Assembly (NCBI GenBank): GCA_038227875.1
Contig: JBBRPR010000056.1
Location: forward strand, 1-55,275
Direction of reading: 5' to 3'
DNA from: Planctomycetota bacterium
GTDB lineage: Bacteria > Planctomycetota > SZUA-567 > H5-PLA8
DNA: 55,275 bases
The notes under the pieces are model-generated. The model ran no database searches. It was not told the origin of the DNA and was given only the letters and a program-made list of their open reading frames with translations. Position 1 is the first letter of the stretch. Every line of letters starts with the position of its first letter. A program made the position numbers and the translations under genes. Positions 49,533 through 55,275 of this stretch are shown here, piece after piece.

Positions 49533-50651
49533 ATGCACCCAGAAAAGATGACGCAGATCGCGGTGTGCGTCAATTGGCCGTTGGAGAGCGGCGCTGAAAT
49601 CATTCGCGGCATCCGCGAATTCACTCTCACACGCCCGAACTGGGACGTCCGATACATGTTCTCGTTTGATGGCCCCGCCCTCGGACCCAGCCCACGGCCG
49701 CGAGGGGCGATCAGTTCTGTCAGCAACAAAGACATGCGCGCCGCGTTTGGTCAAATTCGCGGCCCGATTGTCGGTCTGTCTCTCTTTCCGGAACGCGCGG
49801 ACGTATGGATCAGGGCCGACCAGGTTGAGATCGGTCGCCAAGCCGCCGAACATCTGCTCGCACGCGGGTTTCGCCGCTTCGGTTATCTTTCGTTAATCCA
49901 TCCTGATTCCTCCTGGCGAGAGGAGGGCTTCCGACAGGGCGTGGCCGCCTGCGGCGGCACTGTCTCAGTCTGCCGTTATGAACCGCCCCGGACTGCTCCC
50001 ATTACATCCTGGCTGCGGTCGCTGGAGAAGCCGGCTGCCCTGTTCTGCTTTAACGACTATACGGCGCGGGATCTTTTGATCAGTTGCCGAATTTGCGGTG
50101 TGCGAGTGCCCGAGGAGATCGCCCTTGTTGGCGTGGACAACGAGGTCATGTGGTGTGAAGTGTCCCAGCCACAGATCAGCAGCGTGGCGCTGCCTTGGCG
50201 ACGCTTTGGATACGAAGCTGCGGCCGCGCTCGATCGGCTGATGGCTGGCGCTGCCCCACCGCCCAAAAGGACCATTCAGATTGCACCCATCGGCGTGGTT
50301 ACGCGACAGTCAACGGACACTCTGGCGATTCCCGATCCGGAACTGGCGCGGGTACTGGCTTACTTACGTGGACGCGCCTGCGATGGGCTGACCCTGCGCA
50401 GCCTGCTACGCGACCAGTCCATCAATGCGCGTTGGCTGCACCGCAAATGCCGTCAGCATCTGGGGCGCAGTCCGCATGACGAAATCCTTCGCGTACAAAT
50501 GGAGCGCGCCAAGAGTCTGCTCTCGCATACGGCGCTGCAGATCAAGGAGATTGCAGGGCAAGTGGGGTTGTCTCGCGCTCATTTCGCCGACACCTTCACC
50601 AAAGTTGTGGGATCAACCCCGAGCGCCTACCGCCAGGCCAATCGGCGCTGA
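49533..50651 (+). CDS. XylR-type regulator (periplasmic-binding domain plus AraC HTH)
   Basis: AAEHLLARGFRRF, VPEEIALVGVDN, GVVTRQSTD, C-terminal AraC HTH. Confidence 0.9.
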   Translation: MHPEKMTQIAVCVNWPLESGAEIIRGIREFTLTRPNWDVRYMFSFDGPALGPSPRPRGAISSVSNKDMRAAFGQIRGPIVGLSLFPERADVWIRADQVEIGRQAAEHLLARGFRRFGYLSLIHPDSSWREEGFRQGVAACGGTVSVCRYEPPRTAPITSWLRSLEKPAALFCFNDYTARDLLISCRICGVRVPEEIALVGVDNEVMWCEVSQPQISSVALPWRRFGYEAAAALDRLMAGAAPPPKRTIQIAPIGVVTRQSTDTLAIPDPELARVLAYLRGRACDGLTLRSLLRDQSINARWLHRKCRQHLGRSPHDEILRVQMERAKSLLSHTALQIKEIAGQVGLSRAHFADTFTKVVGSTPSAYRQANRR

Positions 50652-50725
50652 GCGGCACAGCCCACACTTTAGCGGCCTCCAACCACTCCATAACGCTTTC
50701 AACGCTTCGGCTGAATCTCACGTCT

Positions 50726-52840
50726 TCACGGTAACGGGCCGAATACAGCGGTGTTGTTGGACTTATTTGTTTCCTTAATGAGATTCGCGGCATCCACATT
50801 GGCGATGACGTATTTGCCCGTCGTGATGGTTCCGGGCTTCAGCCTTAGATTTATTTTCAAGGCTTTGATTTGACCGCCGGACAAAGCGCTTACTGATAAT
50901 TTTCCTATCCGCAAGTCAGTCGGATCACCCAGCACCTTTGTCGTCGTGAGCCATAAATCGACTTTCGCCGCACGGGATTTTCCCGTTCCGCCATTCTGGA
51001 CTTTCAGACTTCCTTTTAGTGTCGTGGTTGTTGAACGACCTGACTTCTTCGAGCTCTGTACAAGCGAGTTCCACGTGGGGAACAGATCAACGGGTGGTGG
51101 CGGTGGCTGTCCGTTGCCTTCCCCGGATGGACCGTTGTGACAATCAAAGCAACTGACGATTGTGCCCGCCGCGTAGGCCGTTCGACTGAACACACGTGGA
51201 GCTCTAACCTTTGATAAAACCGTTCCGCGGTAATCGGTTCCATGGCAGGCCTGGCACGCCACGCTGCCGTTCTGGGCCTGATCGCCGTGCGCGCCGACCC
51301 AACTCTGACCGATGGTGTGAAGCCCATGGGGGCCACCGTTGGCAGTGACGGCGCGAATGTGGCATGCATTGCATTCAGACAATTCGCCCGCATGTCCCTG
51401 CAAATCCTGGCTTTGAATATTATCGTTGGGGTGGCTGCTGGGGTATTCCGCGTGTGTCGAACCGTGACAGGCTTCGCAGGCCAGTTTGCCGTGCCCGAAC
51501 GAGAAACGGAATAGCGAAAATCCTGTCGCTGGCACGTCTACGTCGGTAGCAAAAGTGCGGTTAAGCGGCGCGCGCATTTGCCCTGTAGCTTCAAATACAT
51601 TCTGGAAGCGAATCTGGCCGCTATTGGACGTGGCGGTGCCGGTATGGCAAGCCTGGCAGTTGGGTTCGGAGAGCCAACCGCTCCGTCCTTGTGCGCCGAC
51701 CTGGCCCATTGAGCCGTGGCAGCTTTGGCACTGCATTGAAAGGGTGCCGTCCGGATTTTTTGAAGTTCCCATGACACCGCGCAAGCACGCCGTGGTGGAA
51801 CCCGGATGGCATCGGTAACACGTAGCGCGGTTGTCAGACGAATCGAGCGTGAGTCCGGTCAGTGGATCGGCCACCGTGGCGTGGTGTGCATGCACAGCCT
51901 GCGTCAGTTGCGAGATGCCAGCAATGCCAGTGCCAGGCAATGCATTCGAGGCGTGGCATGCGGCGCACAGGATCGCCTTGGGTTGGGCTCCGGTTGCCGT
52001 CGCGTAGAGTCCCGCCGCATTGTAGCCTTTAGCCGCAAGTGCGCTGATGAACGCCGCGTTGCCCGCATACCGATTGTCATGAAGCAAAAGGATATTCTGT
52101 TTATAGTCCTTTGTGGGGTCTGGATTATTGACCCATCCGGTTGTGGGCATGGCCTTCGACGTCGAATTGGAGGCGTGGCATGCGCGGCAATCCATTTCGT
52201 CAGAGACCGGTAAGACGATCTTCGTTGTCGCGAGGATATTATTGGAAGCATCGCGTGCAACGAGGCGCATCAAGGGGTAGGTATTTTTCGCGTGCGCGTC
52301 ATCGTAGGGAGTCAGCGGAATGCCTTCGGCCGCGAACCAATTTTTCGCAGCATCGAACGTCATTTTCTGGGGCTGATTTGTGCTGCCGGGCATGTTGTTG
52401 CCAGCGATACCTGAATCGGGTGGCGCATTTGATCCATACAATTCCTGAACATGCTGCCAAAAATCCGTCTTCCCGATCGAGGTTGTATTGATGGAATTGT
52501 TGGGATCAGCTACGCCTTCATAGGTCACGGTAATTCCTGTCGCATCCACGACCAACTTTCCATTGCTGTCAATCAGTTGAGAGTAAATGACGTTGTACGG
52601 AGGAAGAATTGAGAAGACGGAGTACTCCTGGTCCATGCAATGCATTCCCAAGTTGTTCCATCCAATTAAGGTATAAACTCCGTTACCACGATTGGCCGTC
52701 AAGGCGCTCCCTTTCTGAGACCAATACAAAGCCAGCACGGCGGGAATGGCTAGGGCAGCGAGAATTCGCACGGAGTATCGGGCAACTAATGCCCGCTTAG
52801 TCGAAGGTGCCACAGGGGTCGTTGATTTTGAGAAAAGCAT
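50726..52840 (-). CDS. multiheme (nine CxxCH) cytochrome c with C-terminal CARDB/Ig-like domain
   Basis: CRACH, CAACH, CYRCH, CQSCH, CQACH, CEACH, CNACH, CQACH, CFDCH. WNNLGMHC motif and an N-terminal hydrophobic segment. Confidence 0.88.
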   Translation of the reverse strand: MLFSKSTTPVAPSTKRALVARYSVRILAALAIPAVLALYWSQKGSALTANRGNGVYTLIGWNNLGMHCMDQEYSVFSILPPYNVIYSQLIDSNGKLVVDATGITVTYEGVADPNNSINTTSIGKTDFWQHVQELYGSNAPPDSGIAGNNMPGSTNQPQKMTFDAAKNWFAAEGIPLTPYDDAHAKNTYPLMRLVARDASNNILATTKIVLPVSDEMDCRACHASNSTSKAMPTTGWVNNPDPTKDYKQNILLLHDNRYAGNAAFISALAAKGYNAAGLYATATGAQPKAILCAACHASNALPGTGIAGISQLTQAVHAHHATVADPLTGLTLDSSDNRATCYRCHPGSTTACLRGVMGTSKNPDGTLSMQCQSCHGSMGQVGAQGRSGWLSEPNCQACHTGTATSNSGQIRFQNVFEATGQMRAPLNRTFATDVDVPATGFSLFRFSFGHGKLACEACHGSTHAEYPSSHPNDNIQSQDLQGHAGELSECNACHIRAVTANGGPHGLHTIGQSWVGAHGDQAQNGSVACQACHGTDYRGTVLSKVRAPRVFSRTAYAAGTIVSCFDCHNGPSGEGNGQPPPPPVDLFPTWNSLVQSSKKSGRSTTTTLKGSLKVQNGGTGKSRAAKVDLWLTTTKVLGDPTDLRIGKLSVSALSGGQIKALKINLRLKPGTITTGKYVIANVDAANLIKETNKSNNTAVFGPLP

Positions 52841-53188
52841 GGTCGTGCCCTCACAAACGCAGCCAGATGATGCATCACCTCCCATCGCATATCCCGGTTC
52901 CTCCCACCTGAGCCACGATCTTTTGTCATTGCTGACAAGGTTTCCGACGATTGCCGAATCTGCTCCCAAACCCTCACCTCAACAAAAGTGCATGAGCCAT
53001 GCCATGAGCATAAACATTCGGGGATCGCACAAGTGCCGAATGCGAGAACCCTTGTGCCGTGAAAGGTTATTTTCCTATGAACGAAGATGTGTCATTCCGG
53101 AATTTCTTCTCCACTAATTGCGAACGCAAGCGTCGCTGCATAGGGAAAAGCGGAGGTAATAAGCCTTCGGTAGTGTGCAATCGGCGAT

Positions 53189-54164
53189 TCACTTTTCCTC
53201 AATACAGTACAGATATTCATCACCGTGTATAAACATCCGTTTGCCCTCAAAGTACATTCCCGCGTAGAAAACTTCCTGCTTGCAGGGAGCGCTGGCCGGG
53301 AGGCTGGTGATGTTCTGGAGTATGTTAGTTCCGGTTACCGTGCCATCGGCGCCGGGTTTGAGAAGCGAGACATATCCGACAGTATCCATCAGATAGATGT
53401 TTTTCCCCGCCAACGTTGGGCTGGCGCAGTAGCCGTAAAGACGGTAATCGTTGACGTTGTAGCCATCCATCCAGAGCTGATAACACCGTTTCCTTTCTTT
53501 AGTGTCGATCACTACCAGATTGCCCGTTGAATCAACCTGATAAATCAACCCATCTACATACAGTGGCGAAGCGACGTAGTAGCCGCCAAACATATTCCCC
53601 TGCGGTCCGTAAAGAGTTTTCGCCTCCAGTTTCCAGAGGAGGTTGTGCTTGTCTCCAACTTGTTTAGGTATCGCGATGGCCTCGAACGAATACTCAGATC
53701 TTCGGTTGCTGGAGTTATAAAGGATCCCATCCTCGACGACAGGGAGGTAACATTCCCAGACGGAATAGCCACCCTTTGCAAGGATTTCTCCGTTCAGATT
53801 GACGAGGTAGTCGCGGGTCTGCAAGGCTGGCTGGTTATTGAATCGGGTTTCAATGGGACGTTCAGTCTGATTTTTGTAAACAGCGGCTGGCGTCCGCCAC
53901 AATTCTTTGCCAGTCGCCGCATCGTAAGCGATTAGCTTTTCACCGGTGCCTACGAACAGTTTCCCCGCACAGAGCAAAGGTGATCGGTGTGTTCCGTGTT
54001 CAGCGTTGACTGCCTGATATTCAAAACTACTCCAGATCACCTTGCCGTTTAAGTCGAACGCGGAGGTCAGGTATCCGCCTTCTCCCTGGACTACCCAATA
54101 TACATACCTCCCGTCGCTGGTGGGTGTGGCATCGCCGGCGGAACCCTCGCCTGGAGATGCGTTA
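53189..54164 (-). pseudogene. 3' part of a PQQ-like propeller gene (paralog of 47151-49400) interrupted by IS630
   Basis: ATPTSDGRYVYWVVQGEGGYLTSAFD...HGTHRSP...YCASPTLAGKNIYL closely matches the paralog. Similarity ends at the IS inverted repeat. Confidence 0.88.
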
Positions 54165-55273
54165 TTGACCCGCGCACATCTAAAGAGACTACCTAAAGGA
54201 GCAGTGGAAGCTTGGTATGTTGGATGAAGGATCGCAAGAGCAGCGGCTGACGAGATAGAGTTCGAAATTCGTCGGCCAGTCTTTTTCGAAGCACAAGGGT
54301 GTTGTTGGCCGCAAAATTTGACATGCGGGAGTACTTGGTATGCTGCCAAACCATTTCCTCCGGGTTCAATTCCGGAGCGTACGCAGGAAAGCGTTCCGTG
54401 ATGATCTCCGGATGAACTGCAAGATAGTTGCGGACTGCACTTGCTCGGTCATGAATATTTCCGCGATCCCAGATGATCGTCAGCGGGCCGCGGATATGCT
54501 GATGAATCTGGCGTATGAATCGCACGGTGTCTTCGGCTCTGGCGTTGGCCTCGTCCCCTAACAACGTTACGTACAAATTCAGACGCCGCTGTTTGGGGCT
54601 GACCGTGATCGCGCCGATGGCCGATATTCTGTCGCGCCGGTCCCACGACTTCAAGATCGGGGTTTCACTGCTCGGCGCGTACGTCCGCCGTACGGTTGGG
54701 TTGAGCATGTAGCCGGATTCGTCGAGGAACACCAGCGTGGCTCCCACGGCTTGGGCTTTTTTTTATGCGTGGGAATTCTTTCTGTTTCCAACGCTCGATT
54801 TCGACTTCGTCGCGTTCCTTCGCCCGACATTCAGGCTTTTGACTGCTCCAATGCAAGAGCTTCGTAATTAATTTCCGGACATGGCCTTCATGGTACTGAA
54901 CTCCAAAATACTTTTGAATCAATTTCGCCACGCGCTTGGAAGTCCACAACTCGTTGGGCCAGCCATGCGCTTTCGCGCCTTGTCCCAGAAGAAATTCCAA
55001 TTCGTGCAACTGCGCTTCTTCCAACTGGCGAGGTGCGCCAGGACTTGGAATGGCCATCAACCCGTCAGAACTGTTACAGGCCATGCCACGCCAGCGGTAA
55101 AGAGAGGTGCGACTTACGCCGAGAATCTCGGCGACCTTGGTATGGGACTGTCCGCTGTTCATCAATTCGACAGCGCGAATTCGCCGCCGTTGGAGCTCTT
55201 CTGCTGTGCCAAATGGTCTCATGCATAGAGTATCGACACTATTTCATTGCAACTTTAGTTATGCGCGGATCAA
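54165..55273 (-). mobile_element. IS630-family insertion sequence
   Basis: 21-bp TIRs TTGACCCGCGCACATCTAAAG / TTGATCCGCGCATAACTAAAG (18 of 21 identical), with TA on both sides (54163-54164 and 55274-55275). Confidence 0.95.
54193..55222 (-). CDS. IS630 transposase split into two ORFs at an A8 run
   Basis: HTH ORF 54665-55222 and DDE ORF (FLDESG, IWDRGNIH, PAYAPELNPEE). A8 run at 54757-54764. Confidence 0.92.
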
Positions 55274-55275
55274 TA

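Noticed and set aside
54165..54349. First about 60 residues of the 386-aa ORF
   Set aside because: This is read-through from IS630 sequence, not part of the propeller protein.

Overview
High-GC bacterial chromosomal window. The gene families point to a PVC-superphylum organism, probably Planctomycetota (inference). Positions 1-34.9 kb mix housekeeping genes (panC, purD, glgC, tRNA-Gly-GCC) with regulator/enzyme pairs (GntR, LacI, IclR, two AraC, two PhyH dioxygenases, a DegT aminotransferase) and large secreted carbohydrate-related proteins. Downstream of the tRNA lies an accessory-looking region with five PQQ/BamB-like beta-propeller genes (one cut by an IS630 at the right edge), a PiT transporter, a GH4 alpha-galactosidase, an XylR-type regulator and a nine-heme cytochrome c. 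The most unusual observations are: (1) a 67-aa release-factor-domain-like protein lacking the GGQ loop; (2) intergenic elements made of inverted 7/8-mer tandem-repeat arms around unique spacers, just after stop codons; (3) the propeller paralogs, the four intact ones carrying inserted domains; (4) a LacI with an AT-hook-like hinge; (5) an orphan MEMO protein with a PqqD/RRE-like N-terminus; (6) an 89-bp scar of an almost fully deleted methyltransferase; (7) a Ser/Thr kinase truncated by a probable insertion at the left edge. All calls are by eye and no searches were run.
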